From the NCBI GenBank assembly GCA_041660165.1, contig JBAZWW010000004.1, positions 14,839 through 78,838 on the forward strand: 64,000 nucleotides of DNA, given 5' to 3'. Every line of letters starts with the position of its first letter. The first letter of the stretch is position 1. A program made the position numbers and the translations under genes. Under the pieces are notes generated by a model. That model saw only the letters and a program-made list of their open reading frames with translations, did not search any database and was not told where the DNA came from. The DNA is from Patescibacteria group bacterium (GTDB lineage Bacteria; Patescibacteriota; Patescibacteriia; UBA9934). Positions 49,251 through 59,456 of this stretch are shown piece by piece.

Positions 49251-49718
49251 TTACGCGTTCGTGGCGGATTCGGCGGTCAGCTGGCGGAGCATCGGCTGAG
49301 CGCATTCCTGAACATCATGCCAGGCGTGGAACAACTCATGGAAATCGCCAGCCAACACTGGCCGAGGAAGGCCGAGATATTCCTCAAGTGCTCCGGGAGA
49401 CGAGTACTTCAGCGCCGCTTCGTACTTTCTCTTGAACTCGACGAGTATCTCGCTTACACCGAGACCGTCTGTCATGAGGATGATGCCGGCCCGGTACCAG
49501 CGAAGTCTGTCCGCGCCGTACTCGATCACACCCTCCGCCTCCAGAATGTCAGCGCTGTCAGCGGTCATAGGATCGCCCTCCATGCGCGTCTTCTCCGCCT
49601 TGATCACGCGAACCATGCGGTCGAATTCCTCCACCTTTCCCGCGAACGCCGTCTCGTCATACTCGCACATCTCCAGCACCAACCACAATGGCAGGCGCCC
49701 CTGTTCCTCAGTCTTCAT
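49251..49718 (-). CDS. Hypothetical protein
   Basis: GC-rich ORF with GGAGG SD, coupled to the upstream ORF by ATGA. Confidence 0.7.
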   Translation of the reverse strand: MKTEEQGRLPLWLVLEMCEYDETAFAGKVEEFDRMVRVIKAEKTRMEGDPMTADSADILEAEGVIEYGADRLRWYRAGIILMTDGLGVSEILVEFKRKYEAALKYSSPGALEEYLGLPRPVLAGDFHELFHAWHDVQECAQPMLRQLTAESATNA

Positions 49719-50089
49719 GAAGCCTCCCTTGTTAGCTCTTTGCTCATCTTCAAAATGTCAGCCCACACGTCGCGGATGGGCGCATGCGAATCATCCGCCG
49801 GAGGCTTCTGAGCCAGGATGTCCTTCGTCTGCTTCGGGGTCTTCCCCGCCGAACGAATCATCACCCTGAGCTCGGCCACTAGACTCATGAATTCGTCAGA
49901 TGACCGAAGCGCCAGGTCTCGCTCCAAGCGCGAAACGTGATCCCTGTGGCCCTGAACGAACTGATCGCGATTCTGCACAGCCTTCTCGAGTTCGATCCGA
50001 GCGAAACCAAGATGACGCTGAAGCGCAATCTCAGTCATCCCCGGAAACTCAAACGAAAGTACGACATCCACTGAAAGCGGACTAGACAT
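49715..50089 (-). CDS. Hypothetical protein
   Basis: GGAGG before MSSPLS; helical. Confidence 0.6.
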   Translation of the reverse strand: MSSPLSVDVVLSFEFPGMTEIALQRHLGFARIELEKAVQNRDQFVQGHRDHVSRLERDLALRSSDEFMSLVAELRVMIRSAGKTPKQTKDILAQKPPADDSHAPIRDVWADILKMSKELTREAS

Positions 50090-50118
50090 GAGCCCTCCAA
50101 AACGAACCGGAGGCCACT

Positions 50119-51375
50119 CTACAGCTTTGGCAGAATCTCGCCAAGCGGGACAATAGAAGCCTCTGAACTGGCCCGATCCTTCCATTCCACACCCCCGGCG
50201 GCTAATGATTTCTCAGAAATGACTAATCTGACCGGTACGCCAATGAGATCAGCATCCGCAAACTTCTCGCCTGCTCTCATATCTTTGCGATCATCAAATA
50301 AAACTTCCATCCCAGCTGACTGGATACTCGCATAAAGCTCATTGGCCGTTTCCCAAATCTTGGCCGTTGCCTCCTCAGTCTTGGCTGATAAAGCAACCAG
50401 GTGAATACCAAAAGGCGCCACGGACTTGGGCCAAAGGATCCCACGCTCGTCATTAAATTTCTCAACGATCACGCCCATCACTCGAGAAATACCAATGCCG
50501 TAGCAACCCATAATCGGATATTGCTCCTGGTCATTCTCGTCTTTATAGGCAAGTTTGAAATCTTTCCCGTATTTATCGCCCAAATCAAACACGTTGCCTA
50601 CTTCAGAAGCTCGGGCTTGGGCGAGTGTTCCCTTCGAGCATTTAGGGCAAGTGTCCCCCGCTTTCACTTTGGCAATCTCCGTATTCACGCAAAACTCGCA
50701 CACGTCACAATAAAGAATATCGTCCTCTCCGGCATCTGTCAGCACCATGAACTCATAGGAAATCTTGGTACTAAACGCTCCCCCGCTCGCTTCCGTCACC
50801 TTTGCCGTTAGGCCAAGCCGGGAATAAATCTTGAGGTACGCCTCTTTGGCACGTTCGTAAAATTTGTCGAAGTCTGCCTGATCGCGGTGAAAGCTATACA
50901 TGTCTTTCATAAAAAACTCACGTCCGCGCATGAGGCCGGACTTGGCTCGCAACTCATCACGAAATTTCCAGTGAATTTGGTAAACGGCCACGGGGAAATC
51001 CTTATACGAGGTCGCCCTCGAGAGCACGAGCGGGGTCACAATCTCTTCTTCGCTCTGGCCAAGCGCGTATTCCTTTTCTGTTCTACTCGCAATCTTAAAA
51101 AGCACGTCAATGTTGTCCCAGCCTCCCGTGACTTCCCAGTTCGCCTTTGGATGAAGCATGGGCATCAGCACTTCCTGCCCGCCAATAGCGTCCATCTCCT
51201 CTCGCGCTATATTCTCGATCTTTCTCAGTACTCGCAAACCCATTGGTAAATAGCTATACACGCCAGCCATCAACTGATCCACAAAACCCGCTTGAGTTAA
51301 CAAGCGAGCGTTGATCGTTTCCGCATCAGCCGGGGCATTCCTCACCGTTTTCGTGAAAAGTTGGGAGTACTTCAT
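50119..51375 (-). CDS. proS: Proline--tRNA ligase (short form without editing domain)
   Basis: KFRDELRAKSGLMRGREF.MKD.YSF, MGCYGIG, GEKFADADLIG. Confidence 0.95.
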   Translation of the reverse strand: MKYSQLFTKTVRNAPADAETINARLLTQAGFVDQLMAGVYSYLPMGLRVLRKIENIAREEMDAIGGQEVLMPMLHPKANWEVTGGWDNIDVLFKIASRTEKEYALGQSEEEIVTPLVLSRATSYKDFPVAVYQIHWKFRDELRAKSGLMRGREFFMKDMYSFHRDQADFDKFYERAKEAYLKIYSRLGLTAKVTEASGGAFSTKISYEFMVLTDAGEDDILYCDVCEFCVNTEIAKVKAGDTCPKCSKGTLAQARASEVGNVFDLGDKYGKDFKLAYKDENDQEQYPIMGCYGIGISRVMGVIVEKFNDERGILWPKSVAPFGIHLVALSAKTEEATAKIWETANELYASIQSAGMEVLFDDRKDMRAGEKFADADLIGVPVRLVISEKSLAAGGVEWKDRASSEASIVPLGEILPKL

Positions 51376-51468
51376 ATTGCGAATAAGTCTAACGGAAAGA
51401 AGAAATAAAACAAGGGTTAGAAAAGGTTATCAGAAGCCCTTTCTCACCCTCTATAACCCTCTCTTTCA

Positions 51469-51690
51469 CTACGGGGTCACTTGAATAACACTCCCCGCGA
51501 TATGCGCAATAATCAGCACCACGCCAATTCCCATGATCACAAGCGCAATCTGGAAAACCATCTTTGCATCTTTGTCATCCGTCACAAAACCGATAAAAAT
51601 GTACGCGGCGAAGCCGAGAATAAGGGCGAGCGGAACACCCGCTAAAACGATACCGGCGAGTAATAAGAGAGACATAGGATTTATTCCCAT
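51469..51690 (-). CDS. Small membrane protein
   Basis: Two hydrophobic helices. Confidence 0.65.
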   Translation of the reverse strand: MGINPMSLLLLAGIVLAGVPLALILGFAAYIFIGFVTDDKDAKMVFQIALVIMGIGVVLIIAHIAGSVIQVTP

Positions 51691-51814
51691 CCCGACCCTG
51701 AGTTTGACGAAGGGGAGGGATAGTATTGGATGTTATTGGAACGTTTGTCTCACAGTATATCAGAAAACCCTCCGCGCTTGGCACGGAAGGTTTATTCAAG
51801 GGCACGCGGGCCCT

Positions 51815-51961
51815 CTACACAGTCCAAACATTCGGGCGTCTCTTCTGCGCCGAACGCTTGTACCGCCGGTACGTTTCCAAACCCTTCATCAGCAAGTACT
51901 GCTGACGTTCGATCAAGATCCCCACGAGACGACCAATGACAAACGCCGGACTCGTACGCAT
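51815..51961 (-). CDS. Small basic protein (48 aa)
   Basis: AGGAGG SD then MRTSPAFVIGRLVGILIERQQYLLMKGLETYRRYKRSAQKRRPNVWTV. Confidence 0.5.
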   Translation of the reverse strand: MRTSPAFVIGRLVGILIERQQYLLMKGLETYRRYKRSAQKRRPNVWTV

Positions 51962-51978
51962 GGGACACCTCCTAGTCG

Positions 51979-52425
51979 TTAACTCGGCCTACGTCTCACC
52001 TGCGCAGACAAACGGATGAAGTCCTCAAGCGCGCCTATAAAAAGAGGCTCGACCTTACGCCATTCCTCCTCCGAAATCACAATCATCTCGGAAGGAGGGT
52101 CAGTCCACATGAGGATCCGTGGTTCAGTTGTACCGAGCGTCAACTTCAGAGGCGCCCTCCCCACCCCTCCCCCTCCGTCCGGAGGCGGACCATCGAACAG
52201 CGCCTCACGCAGACGAATGAGGGTATGTTGCAATGCGACAATGGTGATGAGGATCGTGGTAACCGGGACAATATGCGCATCGTCCGGGTAGTAGCGCTCG
52301 AAGAGAACGGCGAGCAGGAAAAAGAAGATCCCCTGGCCCGCAATCAACAGCGACCCAATAAACCGCCGCCGAACATTAGCATTGCTCTTAAGACCACGAA
52401 TCAAAGCCCGAACGGACTGGCGCAT
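51979..52425 (-). CDS. Hypothetical membrane protein
   Basis: Two TM helices and a soluble tail. Confidence 0.65.
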   Translation of the reverse strand: MRQSVRALIRGLKSNANVRRRFIGSLLIAGQGIFFFLLAVLFERYYPDDAHIVPVTTILITIVALQHTLIRLREALFDGPPPDGGGGVGRAPLKLTLGTTEPRILMWTDPPSEMIVISEEEWRKVEPLFIGALEDFIRLSAQVRRRPS

Positions 52426-52460
52426 GGAACCCCCTGAGAATAGTTTAGCAGAAAATCAGA

Positions 52461-52497
52461 AGCCCCGATCGAACAGCGGTTCGCGGGGCTCGGACGG
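52461..52497. repeat. 37-bp hairpin direct repeat, copy 1
   Basis: AGCCCCGATCGAACAGCGGTTCGCGGGGCTCGGACGG; 35/37 identical to 52834-52870. Confidence 0.85.
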
Positions 52498-52524
52498 AAA
52501 CATGAAACTCGGTCTCGACAAACG

Positions 52525-52779
52525 CTAGACACCGTTAGTCGGATAGCGCAACCGACGAAGCATGGTGAGAACGCGGATCTGCATGCCCACAAGGGGAATC
52601 CCCGCTACACCGGCACCCACCATTGGAAGACCCAAGAGCCAGCCAGCGTGGTACATAATTGATCCACCAATCACCAAGAACAACCAATACGTGATGGCCA
52701 TTCCGAGCAAGGCGTAAAGGATCAAGAAGTAACGCCGAAGAATCTTCTCTTTCGTTACCGGAGTGGATGATTGAGACAT
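52525..52779 (-). CDS. Small two-TM membrane protein
   Basis: AGGAGG SD; hydrophobic. Confidence 0.65.
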   Translation of the reverse strand: MSQSSTPVTKEKILRRYFLILYALLGMAITYWLFLVIGGSIMYHAGWLLGLPMVGAGVAGIPLVGMQIRVLTMLRRLRYPTNGV

Positions 52780-52833
52780 GCAACCTCCTATGGTCGAGGA
52801 TACTCAGACACGGCTATCCCGTCAAAAACCACG

Positions 52834-52870
52834 AGCCCCGGACGAACAGCGGTTCGCGGGGCTCGGACGG
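52834..52870. repeat. 37-bp hairpin direct repeat, copy 2
   Basis: AGCCCCGGACGAACAGCGGTTCGCGGGGCTCGGACGG. Confidence 0.85.
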
Positions 52871-52885
52871 GAGGCTGATGAATGA

Positions 52886-53149
52886 CTAGTCGTCGAACTC
52901 GGGTTCGTCCCGGTCGGGGAGCACGTCATTCAGGTGAATGGCCAGGCGGATGGACGGGATCAAGAGCAGGACCCCACCGCCAAGCGCCGTCATGATTATG
53001 CCAGTAGCTGAGCCAACCATGATGATGGCCTGGCCCAGGCTGAGCAGGCCAAGCGCCAGGAGGCCAAACAACCAGACCACTGTACAGTCAACCCAGCGGT
53101 CAAGACGATAGTGCTCATCCGCTGACAGCGATTCCCAGAGTTGGTACAT
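52886..53149 (-). CDS. Small two-TM membrane protein
   Basis: Hydrophobic core, acidic tail. Confidence 0.65.
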   Translation of the reverse strand: MYQLWESLSADEHYRLDRWVDCTVVWLFGLLALGLLSLGQAIIMVGSATGIIMTALGGGVLLLIPSIRLAIHLNDVLPDRDEPEFDD

Positions 53150-53151
53150 GG

Positions 53152-53379
53152 CTACTCCAGCGCTTTCTTAGCCCGCGCCCGGCGAGCCAGGGTTTCAGCA
53201 AAGAGCGCCAGCTCCTCGAAATCCTTTGGATCCTCGAAGGAACTCATGGCTGCGGAGACACGCTCCTCCGTTGTAACGTGGAGGGGCGCGATCCTTGCAA
53301 TCGTCACGCCCCGCGCAATCAGCACAGGACACTCCCCTCGGCCAGCAATCACCACAAACGGCACCCGACCCTCATCCAT
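53152..53379 (-). CDS. Small hypothetical protein
   Basis: MDEGRVPFVV...; the longer ORF-track call overlaps the tRNA. Confidence 0.5.
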   Translation of the reverse strand: MDEGRVPFVVIAGRGECPVLIARGVTIARIAPLHVTTEERVSAAMSSFEDPKDFEELALFAETLARRARAKKALE

Positions 53380-53483
53380 GAAACACCCCCGAAAAAAAAT
53401 GGAACCGCCAAGGCTCGGCGGATAGTAGAGAAAAAATGATGTTTCGTCAAAAAACAAAACACCCGCTTTCACGGATGTGTTGT

Positions 53484-53559
53484 TGGTGCACCGGGCGGGA
53501 CTCGAACCCGCGACCAATAGATTAAGAGTCTACTGCTCTACCAGCTGAGCTACCGATGC
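53484..53559 (-). tRNA. tRNA-Lys(CTT)
   Basis: Cloverleaf GCATCGG..GTAGA-CTCTTAA-TCTAT..GGTTCGAGTCC..CCGGTGC-ACCA. Confidence 0.96.
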
Positions 53560-53627
53560 ATGCTCGGCGGAAAGTATGCCAAATGCTTTGACGCTGGTCA
53601 AGATTTTTGCTAGTATTCAGGGGTTAT

Positions 53628-53704
53628 GCGGTGTTAGCTTAGCTGGATAGAGCATCTGCCTTCGAAGCAGAGGGTCGGGGGTTCGAATCCCTCACACCGC
53701 ACCA
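53628..53704 (+). tRNA. tRNA-Arg(TCG)
   Basis: Cloverleaf GCGGTGT..TCTGC-CTTCGAA-GCAGA..GGTTCGAATCC..ACACCGC-ACCA. Confidence 0.96.
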
Positions 53705-53705
53705 A

Positions 53706-53737
53706 AAATGCCCATGCGTTACGCAGGGGCATTTTTT
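53706..53737 (+). terminator. Intrinsic terminator after tRNA-Arg
   Basis: AAAATGCCC.TGCG-TTA-CGCA.GGGCATTTTTT. Confidence 0.75.
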
Positions 53738-53789
53738 GTATTATCAGATGCGCTTCCCCCTCCTCGCAGAGGAGGGGGCTAGGGGGAGG

Positions 53790-54482
53790 CTACCACCCCT
53801 TCGCTTTTATCCCCGCCTCAGCTGCCGCTACTTGAGCTTCTTGTTTACTTGACCCTTCAGCTTGCGCCACGAGATCCTTACCGAGGTACACGCCGATGAC
53901 AAAAATCTTGGCATGATCCGGGCCGGTCTCACTCAGCACTTTATAGTTTGGCGTGATGCCGAGTTTTGACTGAGAGGCTTCTTGGAAAACACTCTTGGGG
54001 TCAGCGTAGAGCCGCTTCTCGATAATATTCGGCAATTGCGACAAAACATTCTTCGTGATGAAAACCCGAGATTCCTCCCAACCGAAATCTAGATAGATCG
54101 CACCAATGATCGCCTCCATGGCGTTGGCCAAAATATACCGGCGAGCTTTGGAGTTCACATCGCGCTCCTCACCCCTCGACAAATACATGTACGGCTCGAC
54201 CCCGAGGTTCTTGCAAATCTCGGCAAGCGAATCACCGTTCACGAGAGCGGAACGCCAGGTGGTCAAATCTCCTTCCGGGTTCTCGTAGTTGTTGTAGAGG
54301 TACTCGGTGACGACGAGTTCTAAAACGGCGTCCCCGAGAAACTCCAAACGTTCATTGTGGGCGAGCGGAAAATCCGGATGCTCGTTCAGATATGATCGAT
54401 GCACTACGGCTTGCTCCAGGTGTCCGTCTGCCTTGAATGGAACAAGAATCTTCTCGGCCAACTCTTTGATATTCTTCTCCAT
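53790..54482 (-). CDS. rnc: Ribonuclease III
   Basis: HNERLEFLGDAVL and dsRBD. Confidence 0.96.
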   Translation of the reverse strand: MEKNIKELAEKILVPFKADGHLEQAVVHRSYLNEHPDFPLAHNERLEFLGDAVLELVVTEYLYNNYENPEGDLTTWRSALVNGDSLAEICKNLGVEPYMYLSRGEERDVNSKARRYILANAMEAIIGAIYLDFGWEESRVFITKNVLSQLPNIIEKRLYADPKSVFQEASQSKLGITPNYKVLSETGPDHAKIFVIGVYLGKDLVAQAEGSSKQEAQVAAAEAGIKAKGW

Positions 54483-54484
54483 AA

Positions 54485-54967
54485 TTATTTAACGATTACC
54501 TCCTCGGACTTCTTCTTCTCCATCTCAACGTCAATCGGTTTCACAAAGCCGCTCTCAACAATGTCCTTATACACCGCGCCAAGGACGCCATTCACAAACT
54601 TACCAGACGCATCTCCGCCAAACGTCTTGCCGAGTTCGATTGCTTCATTGATAGCAACTTTTGACGGAATAGTTTCGTCGAGTTTCAACTCGTACACGCC
54701 TAACCTGAGCACGTTTCGATCAATCAACGTCATGGTATCAACGGTCCAATTTGGCGCAAACTTGTTCAGAATCTCATCTACCTCGCCCAACCGGCCAATA
54801 ATCGCCCTCACTTGGCGTTCTACGTAACCATCATCTTCAAAGTCCGGAGCGAACTCCACATGGACGAATCTAAAGATTTCGGGCAGTCGAGCATCTTCTC
54901 TGCCCCTAAAATCCCACTCGTAAAGGGCCTGCATGGCCATGGTTCTAGCTAAATGACGGTTTGACAT
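54485..54967 (-). CDS. nusB: Transcription antitermination factor NusB
   Basis: RHLAR..AMQALY, IDRNVLRLG, INEAIEL.K.FG, FVNGVL. Confidence 0.95.
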   Translation of the reverse strand: MSNRHLARTMAMQALYEWDFRGREDARLPEIFRFVHVEFAPDFEDDGYVERQVRAIIGRLGEVDEILNKFAPNWTVDTMTLIDRNVLRLGVYELKLDETIPSKVAINEAIELGKTFGGDASGKFVNGVLGAVYKDIVESGFVKPIDVEMEKKKSEEVIVK

Positions 54968-55009
54968 ACGGGACTATCCTATCAAACTTTCGGCAAAATC
55001 TAAAACCGC

Positions 55010-55294
55010 CTACTTGGCGGTTTCAGTTTTTTCGTCAGTTATCTTCTTGGCCTTGGCTGTCTTAGGAGCCTTGACTGGCTTTTTGGCGGTCTTAGCCAAA
55101 ACTTTCTTCACCTCTTCCATGCCAGTCTTCTTGACCGAGCGATCTCCATACTTACCGCACTTCTTGCAAGCGCGGTGGCCAAGACCAATCGTGCCACAGG
55201 CTGGGCACGTCATGGTAGTGACGGCCTTAAGCGCATGGTGGGAACGACGACGGCGAACTTTTGAACGGGAGCTTCTAAATGACGGCAATGGCAT
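55010..55294 (-). CDS. rpmF: 50S ribosomal protein L32 with Lys-rich tail
   Basis: MPLP..RRRRSH..CPACG..HRACKKCGKY. Confidence 0.92.
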   Translation of the reverse strand: MPLPSFRSSRSKVRRRRSHHALKAVTTMTCPACGTIGLGHRACKKCGKYGDRSVKKTGMEEVKKVLAKTAKKPVKAPKTAKAKKITDEKTETAK

Positions 55295-55301
55295 AAAAAG
55301 T

Positions 55302-55406
55302 AGATTTACACAGATTGAGATGACGCGACAGATGGAACACAGATCAGAATACTCGTAAATCTGTGTGAAATCTGTCCCGCTTTGGGATCTGTGTTCATTT
55401 GTGTTC
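55302..55406. repeat. CACAGAT/ATCTGTG short-unit inverted repeat cluster
   Basis: Several ACAGAT units followed by ATCTGT units. Confidence 0.6.
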
Positions 55407-55482
55407 AGCGGAATAGTACAAAGATTGACCAAAACCGTCAAGAAGATTAGGCTAGAGGCCCGTTTTCCAAGGAGAAGTGACC

Positions 55483-56805
55483 ATGTACGCCGAGACCGAG
55501 ACCGTTGATACCCGCTCCAGGTTGGCTGACACCTGTCTGCCAATCGTGAATTCTGTCCTGGCCTTTGCCATGGACCCAACCAAACATGAATGGTCGCCGG
55601 AAAACTGTGCGATCATGCCCGGAAACACTTACCGGGTGGTGACCGGCGGAATCCTCATCGTGGACTCCTGTCCGTCCGGCGTGCTTCCTACGGGGGCGCT
55701 CATCCTGGAGGACCGGCTTCGTTCCAACGAGTGGAGTGCCTACTGTCTGGAGCACAACCTGCCCGGCAAAGGCGCCGGCTTCGGGAACGTCCACCGGCAG
55801 GGTTTGCTGTCGCTTGGACGGGCGCTCCAGCACATCGGTGAAAAGGGACTCGATCGCTTGGCCCACAACGTGCAGGTGGCCGAGCGCTTGATGAATACTT
55901 TTCTCATGGAATCGTACACGCTCGACACGACCTCGCGAGAAGGAGTGTCGGACTTTGAAGCCAACCTGCTGAAGGTGGCCGATCTGTTCGAAACGCGGGG
56001 CAACGTGCTCAAACAGCGCATCCGCGAATACATCCAGAGGATGATCATCCGGGACATTCTCGATCGAACGAACGTGGAACGTCTTCCGCTCATGTTCATG
56101 AAAGCCACCCGCTTCATCCAGGAGCTCAAGCATATGCTAGCGCACTGGGAATCGGAGGTGGACGAACGCCGGGATGCCGTGGCGGACCTGAATGACGCAC
56201 TCCTCATGCGAGCGCGAGACTACCGCATCATCGCCTGTCAGGCCAGGAACTCTCACGCGCTCCTTGTGGACGAGGGGCAAGTGGCCAACAAGGACAACGC
56301 CGTGCTTGCCTGGCCCCACTACCGTGACGCACTGAATGATACGCTCGCAGAACCCTACGCAGGCTGGTTTCACCGCATGGGCAAGCACTACGGCCTGGCC
56401 ATTGAAGCGCTCAGTCTGCACGACATGTCCGGACTGCCCGCCACGCGCCACATGCTGGAAGTAGTGGACGCTTCAGGACGCGTCCCTGACGTCATGAACA
56501 TGATTGATGCCGTCACGCTTGAGGCGTCTCGCGCCCGAGATTCCAACGAGCCGTTCAGCATCCCCGCCCGTACGGCGCTGGCCCACGCGTTGGGAGAGGC
56601 ACGACACACGCTCGGAAGCGTGGAGGACGTCCTCAAGACGTACGACGCGTCCTTCGACAGGACAAAGCTGTGGGAAGTCACGTCTTCCGTGTCGGAAGCC
56701 CAAAAGATCTTGAACCCGCTCAATGACGTCGCGCCAAGCGAAAACAACGTCAATACGGCGTACGAGTATCTGATCCACGCCAACAACTGCCTCCGCACCT
56801 GCTAG
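55483..56805 (+). CDS. Hypothetical protein
   Basis: GC-rich ~440-aa ORF with AAGGAG SD and a terminator at 56829-56858. Confidence 0.75.
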   Translation: MYAETETVDTRSRLADTCLPIVNSVLAFAMDPTKHEWSPENCAIMPGNTYRVVTGGILIVDSCPSGVLPTGALILEDRLRSNEWSAYCLEHNLPGKGAGFGNVHRQGLLSLGRALQHIGEKGLDRLAHNVQVAERLMNTFLMESYTLDTTSREGVSDFEANLLKVADLFETRGNVLKQRIREYIQRMIIRDILDRTNVERLPLMFMKATRFIQELKHMLAHWESEVDERRDAVADLNDALLMRARDYRIIACQARNSHALLVDEGQVANKDNAVLAWPHYRDALNDTLAEPYAGWFHRMGKHYGLAIEALSLHDMSGLPATRHMLEVVDASGRVPDVMNMIDAVTLEASRARDSNEPFSIPARTALAHALGEARHTLGSVEDVLKTYDASFDRTKLWEVTSSVSEAQKILNPLNDVAPSENNVNTAYEYLIHANNCLRTC

Positions 56806-56828
56806 ACCAGGCGCCGGGCGCATAGCCG

Positions 56829-56858
56829 AAGAGCCGACCCATTGGGCCGGCTCTTTTT
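56829..56858. terminator. Intrinsic terminator
   Basis: AAGAGCCG.CCC-ATT-GGG.CGGCTCTTTTT. Confidence 0.7.
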
Positions 56859-56882
56859 CATATCAGGTGCGAATTCCTCTCC

Positions 56883-59369
56883 CTACTCGTCCTTCTCCCC
56901 CTCCACAATCGTCGCCGTGGCTACCTTGTCAGCCGGCGTCTTGAATCTCATCACCTTCACGCCCTGTGTCGGTCTACCGAGGATCGAAACACTGTTCACC
57001 GGCGTACGGATAATCTGTCCGCCGACTGACACAACGAGCAGATCTCTATCATCTTTTTCTTTTACTAAGTGAGCAGCTACAAGCTTGCCCGTTTTCGGCG
57101 TAATCTGGGCGGTCTTGATGCCCATGCCTCCACGGCCCTGGAGCGTGTATTCCTCAACGTCTGTTCTCTTGCCGTAACCGTTCTCCATGATGTTCAAGAG
57201 CAATCGGCCTTCCTTCAGCTGATCAGGCGAAATCACATCCATGCCAATCACTTCGTCCGTTCCCTTGAGCTTGATTCCTCGGACACCGGCCGCTAAGCGT
57301 CCCATTGATCGGACATCATCTTCGTCGAATCTGATGGACATGCCATTGTTTGTAACGAGCATGATCTGATCCTTGCCCATGGATGTTTTCACCCACTGCA
57401 AGCTATCGCCGTCATTCAATTTGATAGCGATCAAACCGGACCGGCGGACGTTTTCAAAATCGTCAATCGAGGTCTTCTTGATCGTCCCCTTAGTCGTCAC
57501 CATCACGATGTATTTCTTTTTGTCTTTCTTGAGATCGCCGGTCAGTACTGCTGTCGTCTTCTCGCCAGGACCAAGCTCAAGGAAATTGACGATCGCTTGT
57601 CCCTTGGCCGTCCTCGACGCTTCAGGAATATCGTAAGCCTTCAAACGGAAGACCCGGCCTCTCGACGTGAAGAACATCATGTCTTCATGAGTGCTGGTCG
57701 AAAATAGCGACTCGACTGAATCTTCCTCTTTCGTCGTTAAGCCGATCACGCCCTTACCTCCGCGTCCCTGTTGAGTGAAAGCGTCTGGTGAAACGCGCTT
57801 GATGTAGCCGTCCTTCGTCATCAAGACGACAGTCTGAACGTCAGGGATCAAGTCCTCCATCGAAAACTCTTTAACACCCGACTTGATGATCTTGGTCCGG
57901 CGCTTATCACCGTATTTCTTGGACAGCTCGACAATTTCATCTTTAATAACCGTCATCATCTTTTTGTCAGAGGCCAAAATCGCTTCCAGCTCCTCCATGA
58001 TCTTAGTCTTCTCCTTGTGCTCTTCCTCAATGCGAATTCTTTCGAGGTTCGCGAGGGACTGCAAACGCATTTCGAGAATCGCGATAGCTTGTCTCTCCGT
58101 CATCTTAAAGCGCTTCATCAAGTTCACCCTAGCCTCGTCCTTGTCAGCCGACTTCTTGATCGTCTTAATCACCTCGTCGATATTTTCGAGCGCAATAATC
58201 AAACCGTCCAAAATATGGAGGCGGTCCTTGATTTTGTCGAGTTCAAACTGCGTCCGGCGCTTCACCACTACCCGGCGGTGCTTGATGTGTTCTTCGAGTA
58301 TTTGCTTGAGGTTCAAAATCCTCGGCTGAAGTCCATCAATCAACGCCAGCATGTTGTAGTGGAACGAAGTCTGAAGGGACGTCATCTGATACAGCTGGTT
58401 CAGGACTTTTCGAGGATATGAGTCCTTCTTGAGCTCGATCACAATCCGCACGCCTTCCTTGTTCGATTCGTCGCGCAGGTCGCGAATGCCCTCAATCTTC
58501 TTCTCGCGCACGAGGTCCGCCATCTTTTCAATCAGCGTAGACTTGTTCACCATGTACGGAATCTCCGTCACGACAATCATGCTGGAGTCCTTCTTGCCCT
58601 CAACAATTTCAGCCACGGCCCTACAAACCACGCCTCCTTTACCCGTCGAGTAAGCCGCTTTCAAATCATTCGCCCCGTACACAATTCCACCCGTTGGAAA
58701 ATCAGGACCAGGAATGTACTCGAGTAATTCTTCAACCGTCAGATCGGGCTTCTCAATGAGGGCGAGCACGCCATCGCACACCTCCTTCACGTTATGTGGA
58801 GGAAGGTTTGTAGCCATACCAACAGCAATGCCAAGCATGCCGTTAACGAGGAGGTTCGGCAGTTTGGTTGGCAAAACAGCCGGCTCTTCATGTGAGCCAT
58901 CGTAGTTTGGGCGGAAATCAACCGTGTCCTTTTCAATGTCCGTTAATAGCTCCTCGGAAATACTCGACAATTTTGCTTCCGTATAACGCATGGCGGCCGC
59001 GCTGTCACCGTCCATGGAGCCAAAGTTTCCTTGGCCGTGGACGAGCGGATAACGATAGGAAAAATCCTGCGCCATGCGCACCATGGATTCATAAATGGCG
59101 CTATCGCCGTGCGGGTGATACTTGGCCATCACTTCTCCAACCACGTTGGCAGACTTGCGGAAACGCGCCGTTGGGCGCAAGCCAATAGACCACATGGCGT
59201 AGAGAATACGGCGATGAACGGGCTTCAAACCATCACGCACGTCAGGCAAAGCGCGCGAAACAATGACGCTCATGGCGTAATCCAGGTAGCACCGGCGCAT
59301 CTCTTCCGTGATGTTCTGGTTAATGATGGTGCCAATCGGCATCAGGCTCTTTTCTTCTTCTTTGGGCAT
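56883..59369 (-). CDS. gyrA: DNA gyrase subunit A
   Basis: [30 protein letters not shown], GyrA-box QGRGGKG. Confidence 0.96.
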   Translation of the reverse strand: MPKEEEKSLMPIGTIINQNITEEMRRCYLDYAMSVIVSRALPDVRDGLKPVHRRILYAMWSIGLRPTARFRKSANVVGEVMAKYHPHGDSAIYESMVRMAQDFSYRYPLVHGQGNFGSMDGDSAAAMRYTEAKLSSISEELLTDIEKDTVDFRPNYDGSHEEPAVLPTKLPNLLVNGMLGIAVGMATNLPPHNVKEVCDGVLALIEKPDLTVEELLEYIPGPDFPTGGIVYGANDLKAAYSTGKGGVVCRAVAEIVEGKKDSSMIVVTEIPYMVNKSTLIEKMADLVREKKIEGIRDLRDESNKEGVRIVIELKKDSYPRKVLNQLYQMTSLQTSFHYNMLALIDGLQPRILNLKQILEEHIKHRRVVVKRRTQFELDKIKDRLHILDGLIIALENIDEVIKTIKKSADKDEARVNLMKRFKMTERQAIAILEMRLQSLANLERIRIEEEHKEKTKIMEELEAILASDKKMMTVIKDEIVELSKKYGDKRRTKIIKSGVKEFSMEDLIPDVQTVVLMTKDGYIKRVSPDAFTQQGRGGKGVIGLTTKEEDSVESLFSTSTHEDMMFFTSRGRVFRLKAYDIPEASRTAKGQAIVNFLELGPGEKTTAVLTGDLKKDKKKYIVMVTTKGTIKKTSIDDFENVRRSGLIAIKLNDGDSLQWVKTSMGKDQIMLVTNNGMSIRFDEDDVRSMGRLAAGVRGIKLKGTDEVIGMDVISPDQLKEGRLLLNIMENGYGKRTDVEEYTLQGRGGMGIKTAQITPKTGKLVAAHLVKEKDDRDLLVVSVGGQIIRTPVNSVSILGRPTQGVKVMRFKTPADKVATATIVEGEKDE

Positions 59370-59456
59370 ACGTGATTTCCTGGCAAAGTATTCTGACCCT
59401 GACGATAGGAAGGGTCTAGATGTGAGATATTGAACCAATACGCTCAGGATCAACCA

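Noticed and set aside
52461-52870. 37-bp repeats as a CRISPR array
   Set aside because: Only two copies, separated by ~335 bp containing an ORF; no cas genes.
55295-55579. Long N-terminal extension of rpmF (similarly rarA, gyrA, murA, comEC, trxA and NYN in the ORF track)
   Set aside because: Longest-ORF artefacts running through repeats or neighbouring genes; downstream ATGs match the family N-termini.
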